In this document: positions 33,142 through 45,075 of the stretch, one piece after another
Position numbering within the stretch: position 1 is the stretch's first letter
Layout of the letters: every line of letters begins with the position of its first letter
Origin: Plasmodiophora brassicae
Taxonomy: Eukaryota
Direction of reading: 5' to 3'
Assembly: GCA_036867785.1 (NCBI GenBank)
Contig: CP145410.1
Location: 248,001 to 312,000 of the forward strand
DNA length: 64,000 bases
Made by a program: the position numbers and the translations under genes
The notes under the pieces: model-generated
The model's database searches: none
The model's input: only the letters and a program-made list of their open reading frames with translations
Told to the model about the DNA's origin: nothing

Positions 33142-35589
33142 ATGAACCACTGCGACGATGCGAACCTGTTCCTGGAGTCTGTACGCCAAGGTGATATTGC
33201 GACAGCAAGGAACGTCGGGAAGCGTGACGGCGTCAACGTGAACCAGAGATGGAAACAGTGGGGAGGACGAACCGCACTGCTGGTTGCAATTGATAATGCC
33301 AACAACGCCATGACAAAATTCCTCTTGAACGAGATGGAATGTGACCCGGCAATTGCCGATCGGAACGGCCGCAATGCGATGCATCATGCCGTTCTAGCCG
33401 GCAATCTAGAAGTCGTCAAGATGCTCATCGCGCACGGCCGTATTGATTACAGCGTCAGTGATGCTAACCAAGAGACGCCACTACATATGGCAGCGAAACA
33501 GCGAAACCTGGAAATTACCAAGGCGATCCTGCTGCAGAACCCTGATATCGTTAACGACAAGCAGATGAATGGTTACACCCCGTACGATCTGGCATGTAGA
33601 ACGTGGGAAAACAGACCCACCGCGAAACTGTTGGACCCGACGAAACCGACAGCCGGAGTTGCATTGGAAAACGGCGACGCTGCTCCTCCGCCTATAACGA
33701 CCGCAGAAGATGCCCCAGTCCAGCGAACGACATGGATTCCATGGCAATCCAAGACGAAATCCGTTCGATATAGTGTGGTCAAGCCCGCGCCACCGCCCAG
33801 TATGCCTCCAGCCCAGATGGCTGATCAAGGGTCAGAAGTTGGCGCGAAGTTGACCAACCCTGGAGCGAAGACGATTGGCGATAGGTCACTGACCAAGCAA
33901 GCTCCTCTGCGAGACCAAATGCCGGATACGCCGGTAGCACGCTCCAGTAGAAAGATGATGACACCATTGTCAGCGCGTCTAGCTGAACGAAGACGAAATG
34001 CGTCGCAAGCTCCAGGACCAGCTGCCAATCAGTCGACGAACGATATGGGCTTATCAGGCCGTTCGAAGAACAGGACACCGTCACCGCCGACGAATGGCAG
34101 CGCCAGCCCAACCATGCCGCGAATTAACATGAATGGCGGCAACAATTCCAATTCTTCTTCGCGGGTTGAACCAACGTCCCTAAACGCATTGGTCGACGAG
34201 TTTGTAAAGTCGTGCGAGAAGATCGACACGAACTTACAAGACGGGGTAGCGAAGATTATTGCTTCTGTCTTCGGGGACGCCGTGGAAGAATCATCCCCAG
34301 ATGGGGATCCATCAGCGAATGACATTAACGATCTGACCCGCGAATTGTCTGAAATCCAAGATATAGAAGATTTGCTCAACATATCCGATGCGCTGTTGAA
34401 AGAAGATGGCGCAGTTAAAGAGGTTGCACAGAAGGTCGCAAACCTGGTGTCAAGCATGAAAGGAGCCAAATACCCAAAGTGTCTGCGCCGATGCCAAGAA
34501 ACGTTGTTGTCCGCAGCAAGGGCGCTTCGTCAGGAAAGTGAAGACGACCTCATGTCCCAGTTGAGACAAGACATGGTCAAAGCGGACGAGGCATCCTTAA
34601 AACATATGGACTTGCGGACGCGATACGACTGCTTTGAACGGAGCGAGCACTTCGAAGGCATGGAGTCCATCGAGGAGACATTGGATTACGCGTGCTGTGA
34701 TGCGATCGACGCTGGGTTTGCTGTTCTCAAGACATGCCACTCCCGCCTGCCCACCAAGGACACCGAATGGCAGATTGCGCAATGGAGGACGACAGCGGCA
34801 CGAGCAGCGACCTCGGCAGTCGATACGCTGCACGACACAAACACGCGTATCTCCCGTTACATTAACGGTATCGACCTGAAAGTCAAACAACTTGAACGAA
34901 AGGCAGCATCCCATCAAGAGAAGCCCAATGGCAATGGGCGAAACGGACATACTGCAGCAGAAACGAATTACACTCCTCAAGGACCCGCCACAGACGATAT
35001 TGGAAGATTTCTGAAGAATGAAACCGAGAGGCGACGTAAATTTAACGCCGTGATATTTCGGACTGTCACCGGCCCGGTAATGACTTCGCAGAGCGATCGC
35101 CATGCAGACCAGCTGATAACCGAGTACCAGAAGAAGCGCGGCCGGCTTCAAGATCTGCTCACGATGTATTCGGCTTCGAAGGAGATGACGCAGAAGATCG
35201 TCGATACCGCGAGTGAAGTGATGGACATTGCAGAATCATTGATGAAGAATCAGAAGACAATGGTCGAAACAGTTCGCTGCGATGCGATCAAGAAATTCGT
35301 CGATGTTCACAAGAAATATACGCAGCGTCTGAAGGCCAGCATTGCGCGCAGTAACGCCAAGCTTCGCGATATCGACGACGAGATCGAGTTACACACGACG
35401 GCTAGCGATCGCGCCGCACGTTCCGGACGCATCCGCGACAGTCGAGTGGAACGCGTTGCCGATTTGCACGTCGAACGCAACAACGTCGTGACACGCACGC
35501 GCCGCTATCAAGACGACTTGGACGTCATCCTCCAGGAAACTGCCATCGCCGACGACAAATTCCAGATCGAAATGCACGCCGGAGAATGA
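33142..35589 (+). CDS. Ankyrin-repeat protein with disordered linker and C-terminal coiled-coil region (ORF opens at 32980; true start uncertain)
   Basis: About 4-5 ankyrin repeats (GRTALLVA, GRNAMHHAVLAGNLEVVKMLI, ETPLHMAAKQRNLEITKAIL, GYTPYDLA), a Ser/Pro/Asn-rich linker, and a helical heptad-rich C-terminal half. Apparently intronless. Confidence 0.85.
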   Translation: MNHCDDANLFLESVRQGDIATARNVGKRDGVNVNQRWKQWGGRTALLVAIDNANNAMTKFLLNEMECDPAIADRNGRNAMHHAVLAGNLEVVKMLIAHGRIDYSVSDANQETPLHMAAKQRNLEITKAILLQNPDIVNDKQMNGYTPYDLACRTWENRPTAKLLDPTKPTAGVALENGDAAPPPITTAEDAPVQRTTWIPWQSKTKSVRYSVVKPAPPPSMPPAQMADQGSEVGAKLTNPGAKTIGDRSLTKQAPLRDQMPDTPVARSSRKMMTPLSARLAERRRNASQAPGPAANQSTNDMGLSGRSKNRTPSPPTNGSASPTMPRINMNGGNNSNSSSRVEPTSLNALVDEFVKSCEKIDTNLQDGVAKIIASVFGDAVEESSPDGDPSANDINDLTRELSEIQDIEDLLNISDALLKEDGAVKEVAQKVANLVSSMKGAKYPKCLRRCQETLLSAARALRQESEDDLMSQLRQDMVKADEASLKHMDLRTRYDCFERSEHFEGMESIEETLDYACCDAIDAGFAVLKTCHSRLPTKDTEWQIAQWRTTAARAATSAVDTLHDTNTRISRYINGIDLKVKQLERKAASHQEKPNGNGRNGHTAAETNYTPQGPATDDIGRFLKNETERRRKFNAVIFRTVTGPVMTSQSDRHADQLITEYQKKRGRLQDLLTMYSASKEMTQKIVDTASEVMDIAESLMKNQKTMVETVRCDAIKKFVDVHKKYTQRLKASIARSNAKLRDIDDEIELHTTASDRAARSGRIRDSRVERVADLHVERNNVVTRTRRYQDDLDVILQETAIADDKFQIEMHAGE

Positions 35590-36081
35590 CCGCTGGTGAC
35601 TGGTGACTTTGATGCAGTGCCGCCCCGCAAAATGGCCAACAATATAAAGCACAGCCCAGAGTTTGAATTCCCGATGTGAGCGCCAAAACTCGCTGAAATC
35701 TCACAGACATCCGACTGCAGATTCTCCATTTTGTGACGGCCTGCAGCTGCTCATCGGTAACGATGTAGGATCCGGCCGTCCGTTTTGGATATTCTCTGGA
35801 AAATGTCTGTGCCGAGAGTCGCAGCTTGTAGCCAGTCTCACAGCAACGGAGCAGCCAAGTAGTGTCTCGAGCGCCCATATGGTTTCGTCAGATCGAATCA
35901 CAGGCTGTTGGGCACCAGACGTCGGTTCGTCCCGGGTGCGCCAGCCAGCTTCGCCATCCACAGCGTCGGTCTCGAGCTGCCGCTTTTACCGATAATGGTC
36001 ATCGCCGCTTGTACCGCCCATCTTGTAATCCAGCTAGCTCTCGTTTCCGAAATCCCATTTGCTAATGTCGCATCTTGACAG

Positions 36082-37869
36082 TTGGGCATCGCCTGTGGCA
36101 ATCGCGGGTGCGGCAGGGCTCCCGCGGAGCAAGTGCGTATATTGTGCGGCGCGCACGCACACCTGTGCGTTAGGTGCGCCACGCTCTTCGATCGGAACCA
36201 GTTCTGCCAACACTGCGATGAGATCTACGCCGACGCGACCCACTTGGAGCCGTCCTGGATATCGTGCATATCCTGTCAAAGATCGGTTCACCGGCAATGC
36301 GAGCTGAAGAGCGGCACACCGCTGTCGCTGATGACACAAGGCCCCGGCTGGTTTAAGTGTCGCCAGTGTCGAGAACGCGGAACAGCTTTCACCCCGTTCG
36401 GCAGCGTCCTGCAGGTCCCGACACCCTACTCTGGCGGCAAGCGCGTTCTGTTTACCGGCTCTGACGACGACAGCGCCGACGACGACACGGATGGGACGCC
36501 GGGAGCGTTCCTCGATTTCGCCTTTCTGATCCTGAAGGCAGCAGAGCACGTCAAAGCATCGTCGAGTCAGGATACTACCCTATCTTCGTTCCTGATCGAA
36601 AATCCCGCACTTGATTCCAACAGCTCCAACGTCAGCTGCTCGATGGCCGATGGCGACGTCCCCGATCCGGCGTCTGGTGGAAGCCCTGCTGCGAACGACC
36701 AGAAAGGCAAGCGTCGACGGTCTAAGGCGGCTCGAACTGAACGGCAAGAGAAGATCGCGTCCTCCAATGCATCACTACCGAACATGAGGAAAACGATCCT
36801 CACGCTGGCAGCCGGTTCGGTACCCAAGCCGGAAGGTGACACGGGCATCGGGGGCGTCGAATGCCATTGGGCGCAGTGCGATAACCCGCGGTGCTTGAAA
36901 TGGAGACGCCTTCCACAGAACCTGCCGCTGGACGCGCTTCGCGGCAAATGGACCTGCAAGATGAACCGGTGGGACCCGCAGCATTCGTCGTGCGACGACC
37001 CCGAACAAGAGCTATTCCCTGGCGAGGCGCTCCCCGATTTAATACCCGGCGACCACGACTACGATCAGCAGAAGGCCGAGTTCTACACGCAACTGAAGAA
37101 GTTCCTCGAGGATATCTCCTGCCCGATGCTGCGAAACCCGACGCTAGGCGGCAAGGACCTGGACCTATTCCACCTGTACAGGCAGGTGACGCAACGGGGT
37201 GGGTTTGACATGGTGGTCGCCATCGAAGGTACCTGGGCGCGTATCTTCCGGACGCTGCCAAACTACTCGCCAACGGTCACCGACGCGTCCTACCGTCTGA
37301 AGCGATACTACCAGGAGTTTCTGCAGTCGTTCGAGCAGAGGATGTTCTTCCGGAAGGACATGTGCGACATTCAGGTGAAGAAGTTCCAGAGTCGACGCGC
37401 GAAGAAGACCAAGCAGGCGGATCCATCGTCGCCGGTGCAGGCGCTCTTAAACCCGACGAATGCAATCGACAACCTGGTGGCCTACAGTTTGTCAGCAGCG
37501 AAGCTGCCCAACCGGGTGCCTCCCCAATGCATCATCTGCAAACGTGGAGACCAGCTGGTTCCTTGCGATCCCAATGCCGGTGCCCTGCGCGTGTGGTCGA
37601 CTCCTGGCAGTGCAACATCGCCGTCAATCCTGGTCTGTCGGCAATGCTTGGCGACAAGATGCTCCCCGCCAAGATCAACGCTGCCCGGATCATCACCTGT
37701 CCTCCCTAGGATACCAATCGATGGCCTGAAAGAATTCGCCAAGGCATCAACTATCCAGGCCGGGTTCGTCGGCACCGTGAAGGAACGCACCGATCGTCCA
37801 CTGCCTGCCGCCGTGCCCAGCAAGTTCTACCAAAGCCTACCTGTACAGTTCCCGGCCCCGATGCCCTAG
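36082..37869 (+). CDS. PHD + zf-CW + ARID chromatin protein (first exon not resolved)
   Basis: PHD (FCQHC…WISCISCQRSVHRQC…FKCRQC), CW zinc finger (WAQCDNPRCLKWRRLP…WTCKMNRWD…C), ARID (FYTQLKKFL…PTLGGKDLDLFHLYRQVTQRGGF…W…LKRYYQEFLQSFE), and a C-terminal CxxC…CxxC. The ORF begins right after a likely acceptor (cttgacag at 36081). Confidence 0.85.
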   Translation: MGIACGNRGCGRAPAEQVRILCGAHAHLCVRCATLFDRNQFCQHCDEIYADATHLEPSWISCISCQRSVHRQCELKSGTPLSLMTQGPGWFKCRQCRERGTAFTPFGSVLQVPTPYSGGKRVLFTGSDDDSADDDTDGTPGAFLDFAFLILKAAEHVKASSSQDTTLSSFLIENPALDSNSSNVSCSMADGDVPDPASGGSPAANDQKGKRRRSKAARTERQEKIASSNASLPNMRKTILTLAAGSVPKPEGDTGIGGVECHWAQCDNPRCLKWRRLPQNLPLDALRGKWTCKMNRWDPQHSSCDDPEQELFPGEALPDLIPGDHDYDQQKAEFYTQLKKFLEDISCPMLRNPTLGGKDLDLFHLYRQVTQRGGFDMVVAIEGTWARIFRTLPNYSPTVTDASYRLKRYYQEFLQSFEQRMFFRKDMCDIQVKKFQSRRAKKTKQADPSSPVQALLNPTNAIDNLVAYSLSAAKLPNRVPPQCIICKRGDQLVPCDPNAGALRVWSTPGSATSPSILVCRQCLATRCSPPRSTLPGSSPVLPRIPIDGLKEFAKASTIQAGFVGTVKERTDRPLPAAVPSKFYQSLPVQFPAPMP

Positions 37870-38200
37870 TCGACCGTTAGACGTAGATATATGTACATAA
37901 CCGAAAATGTATACACAAGCGGTCATCCACTCATGAGCATCGTGATTCAAGTGGCAGAGCGCGCAACCTGAACTGAGCAAGAACTGTGTGATCGAACTTG
38001 CAGGTTGGCAGCCGATTGCGTGTGTGAAGGCAGGAAGAGCGCTGCGCGGACTTCGCTGTCGACGTGGCATTGCGCCGCCCCGCCTCCTGTCTGCGTGTCA
38101 CAGACCAGATCCTCGCCCGGTTCATCGCGGGCGTCCACACACTTGCAGGGCAGTCGTCTGTCACAGGGCTACCTTTGTCGTTCTCGAAGAACGCAGAATA

Positions 38201-40360
<2,160 letters not shown>

Positions 40361-40768
40361 ATCGGCCTCGTGGGCGTTCGTTAAGCATGGCTTCACTTCC
40401 TAACCTATTTCATCCCGCGTCATTTTTCGTCTCTAACTGTGCGGTGGCCGCGTGTGCCACGACTAAATCAATGTCAAACCATCGCTTTGATTACGCCCTC
40501 CACTCGTCATGTTTGATCACGACTGTCAATCCCAATAATGGAGGCGTCTGCGAGTGTCTGTCTACCCGTTACAGTGTTGGCGCGTTCGCCCCCATGATAC
40601 GATCCACGTTTGTTCGAGACTGTTCTAGATAGGCAAGGCTGAAGAGTCGGCGTGCACGACTGCTTAGGCCCTGCTGTTGAGGCTACCTGTGTGGGAGTCG
40701 CGTGTGCGATCGGTACGAGGTACCAGAGGAAATCTATCGGAGAGGGTCCCTTGTTCTCATCATAGTCA

Positions 40769-41794
40769 ATGTCGGCACCGACACCGCCTGTCCGCATTGA
40801 CCATGAGGACGACATACATTGGGAGGACCTCAGCATTCCTCGATACTTCGCGCTGAACACATTGTTCGTGGTCCTGTACGACTCCGCTCTTCATCCGTTC
40901 GACACGATCAAGACTCGACAACAGTACTACCGCACGGCCAGCGGGACGCGCCCTTTGTCGGCGTGGGAGACTGCTCGAGAGGTCCTGAGAGCTCGGGGAC
41001 CAAAAGGCCTCTTTGCCGGTTGGCGAGCGTCCATGTTCACGAACATGCCCGGCCACCTAGTGTACTTCGGCACATACGAAGCGGCTAAACAGGTCCTCAT
41101 GGACAACGTTCCTGGGCTACGCCACACGCAAATCTGCATGCTCGCGGGCGTGATCTCTGAGTTCACATCAACGGGGTTCCATACGCCAGGTGACGTGATC
41201 GCCAAACGTCTCATGGTGTTCCCGCTAGACAAGCGGCCCCGACCCACAGATTTTGACCTCGTCCGAAACGTACTACGAACAGACGGCCCTCGAGGACTGT
41301 GGCGCGGTTTGACGACAAGCAGTAAGAAGAGTGCTGATTCTGTTCCGTCGCACTAGTTGATACCTGTACATCAGTTATGACGAACTCGCCGAATTCAGCG
41401 ACCTGGTTCGGGACCTACGAGTTTGCCAAGACACATTTGCACAGGTTAGGCTGGCTGGACCCAACTATCGAGCAGCTGGCCTGTGGAGCGATGGCCGGAT
41501 TCGCATCCGTTGTCGTCTCCAACCCACTCGACGTGGTCAGGACCCTGGTACAAACCTCTCCTGCTTCAACAAAAATGTCCATCGTCGGGACGATCTCCCG
41601 GCAGGTTCGGACGCAAGGTACGACATTTCTCATGCTGCTCAACAACCGTTTATCAAAACGATGTGGCAGGTGTTCCTGGCCTGTTCCGAGGGATAGGCCC
41701 CCGATTAATGATATCCGTTCCGGGATCAGCCATAACGTTTGCAACCTACGAGCTCCTGAAAAAGCTTGCATCAAAAGATACAGACAATTCGTGA
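40769..41794 (+). CDS. Mitochondrial carrier protein, SLC25A44-like
   Basis: Three carrier signatures (HPFDTIKTRQQ, TPGDVIAKRL, NPLDVVRT). N-terminal 'IHWEDL..RYF' resembles the SLC25A44 subfamily. Two GT-AG introns. Confidence 0.88.
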
Positions 41795-41803
41795 TCGTAA
41801 GCT

Positions 41804-41833
41804 GAACATAGGACGTGAGAACACAGGACGTGA
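41804..41833 (+). repeat. 15-bp imperfect tandem duplication just downstream of the carrier gene
   Basis: gaacataggacgtga followed by gaacacaggacgtga. Confidence 0.7.
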
Positions 41834-42043
41834 GAAAACAGCCTCGAGCGTCGAGTGAGTACGGTAGCTACATACCGCGTGCTCACGTAGCATCGGTGCG
41901 GCACTGCGGGAGGCACCATAAATCCCGTGGCGGTATTGACTGGCTTCGGACCTGCGGCGTTTTTGACGCCCGTCGTCGATCCGCGCGCTTATCTGGGCAA
42001 TCTCCCAACCCACATCGCTCCGCATAATCGGGCGCAGACGCTC

Positions 42044-44827
42044 ATGTCGTCGTGCGATGACAGCTCGGATGAAACCCCACTGATCAATCGTCTGCGGGAG
42101 CAGTCGGGGAAGAACGGCGTCCAGGTACAGTGTCGCTTGCTTACCTGGTTGGATCATGTGATGTCTGAGGCGCTGCTCTCTAGAAACCCGCGCCGAAGCC
42201 TGCTGTGCCGTCTGACTCCAGTGATGATGACTCACAAGACGACATTCCGCTTGTGGAGCGACTACGTCTTCAAAAAGAGAAGAATACTGCTGCTGTAAGA
42301 ATTTTGCTATGCGTGCCCCCAACATCTACAGTACCTTCTAAGCGTTGCTTCTGTAGAAGGCCGCGAAAGCCAAACCGAAGGCCAATAATTTACCTAAGAA
42401 GCGGTCTCGGGTCGAGATGTCATCGTCGTCCGAAGGTGAGGATGACGAAGACGACGAGGACGATGAGGATCTGGATGCCGACGATGACGAGCCGATTCTT
42501 GAACCGCGAGACAAGAAAGCTAGAAAGCAGGCCCAGGCCTCGGTTCGACAATGCAAAGTGAACCCTGTTGAAAATTACGAATCCGTTGACGTCAAACCAC
42601 TTGTTCCCGAAGCTACCGGCGGAAGATGGTGGACTCTGCCGCCATTGCCAGAAGGACTGAAGTGGCAAACGTTTCGTCATAATGGTGACTTGTCACGGTT
42701 TCCCCAGATCGAGGCCCCGTATCTAATTGCTCTCACAGGAGTACTGTTTCCACCGCCTTATGAGCCCCATAATGTGAAGATGCTGTACGACGGGAAACCG
42801 GTGGATCTGACACCCGATCAAGAGGAGATTATGACGTTTTATGCAGTTATGATTGATTCTGATATGGCGAAGAAGCCCAAATTCCGCGAAAATTTCTTCA
42901 AAGACTGGAAGGAATATCTTGGTCCCGATCACATTATTCAATGCTTCGAGAAGTGCGATTTCACTCCTGTTTACGAATGGCATGTCGCTCGGAGGGCAGC
43001 GAAGAAACAGGAAGGGCTGACGAAGGATGAGAAACGCGTTCTGAATTCGAGACCTGAAGTGATTGCGGAGAAGGAGCGTGCCCTAGCCGAAAAGAAACGA
43101 CTGGAACAAATTTATGGCTTTGCCGTTGTAGATGGGTGCAGAGAACGCGTTGGCAACTTTAAGGTTGAACCACCGGGTTTATTTCGAGGGCGTGGTGATC
43201 ACCCCAAGACGGGCAAACTGAAGCGCCGCGTTCAGCCAGAGGACATCACTCTTAACATTGGGCCCGGTGAACCCATTCCGAAGTGTCCTATAGAGGGTCA
43301 CAACTGGAAAGGAGTCATCCACAACGATCGGGTCACCTGGCTGGCATTTTGGACCGAGAACATCTGTGGTGCCACGAAGTACATCTATCTTCACTCCAGC
43401 TCGCGTTTCAAGGGTCAATCCGACATTGACAAGTTCGAGAAGGTTTTTCGTAACGCTCGTCGTGTTTGCTAAGGTTCTCACTTGACCTGTCGTCAGGCGA
43501 GGAAACTTGAAAATTATATCGGGAAAATTCGTGCAGACTACATGGTTCAGATGAAAAACAGCGATCTCCTGACTCGACAACGAGGAACGGCAATGTGGAT
43601 CATCGACGTGCTCGCCTTACGTGTTGGTAACGAGAAGGTAGAGTACAAGTGTTTGCCCTCTGTTCGTCTCTAATTCCTGTCGACAGTCAACCGAGGATGA
43701 AGCTGACACAGTCGGTTGCTGTTCCCTCCGGGTAGAGCACCTGTCGTTTAGAGACCCAAATATTGTTGAATTCGACTTCCTCGGCAAGGATTCTATGCGG
43801 TACTTCAACGAGGTCCCTGTTCTCCAGATTGTGTACGACAACTTGCGACAGTTCTGCCGAGGGAAGTCTCCTGAAGATCAGATATTTGATCTCCTGACGG
43901 TAATTTTGTGTGCTTTACTGAGGCCGACCTGTAATGAACGCTGCCTCAGACGTCAGCACTCAACTCTTACCTGAACTCTCTGATGCCCGGATTATCTGCC
44001 AAAGTCTTCCGTACCTACAATGCCTCAGTCACATTGGAGAAGGTGGGCTGTCGCCCCGTGCAGGGGTGCATTGTGCTGCCAGTGAGTTTATGCCTTCTGA
44101 ATTTCAGGAACTTGAAACACCGACTGCGAATCCTGACGATCCCGTCTCAAAGCCTACTGCAACCGATTCCGTTGAAGTCAAGGTGTTTTATTACAATCGG
44201 GCCAATCGCGAAGTGGCAATCCTCTGTAATCACCAGCGGACTGTCCCGAAAGCGTTCGAGTCGCAGATTGCGAAAATGGACGAAAAGGTATTTCTATTGA
44301 CATTATCGGTAAAGGAACGTTTTTAAAGGTATTGGAATGTACACAGATCAAGGTCGCTGAAGATCGGAGAAAAGCGCTCCATGACTACCTTGAGGCGCTC
44401 AAGGCTGGTAAAGCCAAGAAAATCGAAAACCCTCCAACAAAGCAGACCGATATTGACAAGGTCAAGACAATGTTAGAGAAAACTGATATCAGGTATTCCG
44501 CCATGTATTATTCCGATTGGAACATTGCTCACATGGGTGTAGTCTGAAGAGGCTACTCATAAATCGAAAACTGAAAGACGAGAACAAGTCTGTTGCACTG
44601 GGAACGTCAAAGATCAATTACATGGACCCCAGAATAACGGTCGCATGGTGCAAAAGACTTCAGGTAATTCAGCAAAGGGGGGACAGCGCCCGCATGTCTA
44701 ATGGCCATCCGTGTGAAAGGTCCCTATTGAGAAAATCTTCAACAAGAGTCTCTTGGACAAGTTTCCATGGGCAATGGAGGTGCCTTCGACATGGAAGTTC
44801 GCGCCCGAGAAGCAAATATCCAAATAA
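42044..44827 (+). CDS. TOP1: DNA topoisomerase IB, about 11 exons
   Basis: [77 protein letters not shown], catalytic [20 protein letters not shown]. Acidic/basic disordered N-terminus. Confidence 0.97.
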
Positions 44828-45075
44828 TACATCCATCCGAAATTGTCTGTAATTTAATTACCAGCACATCACGTTGACCCAATTGGCATCCGTTCCGGTA
44901 TCGTGATGCGACGGTTCCAGGACCATTGTGTTCTCCATGTCACGTGGCTCCGCCGAAAGGTTTCGCCAGTGGCAACACTGTGCCTGGGCAAGCTTCCGCT
45001 GGCGTTGACTGTTGCAGTCAGTCAGCCGGTCCACTCTTCTTCTGACGTTGGGTTGAAGACCAGGCGTTAATCGTG

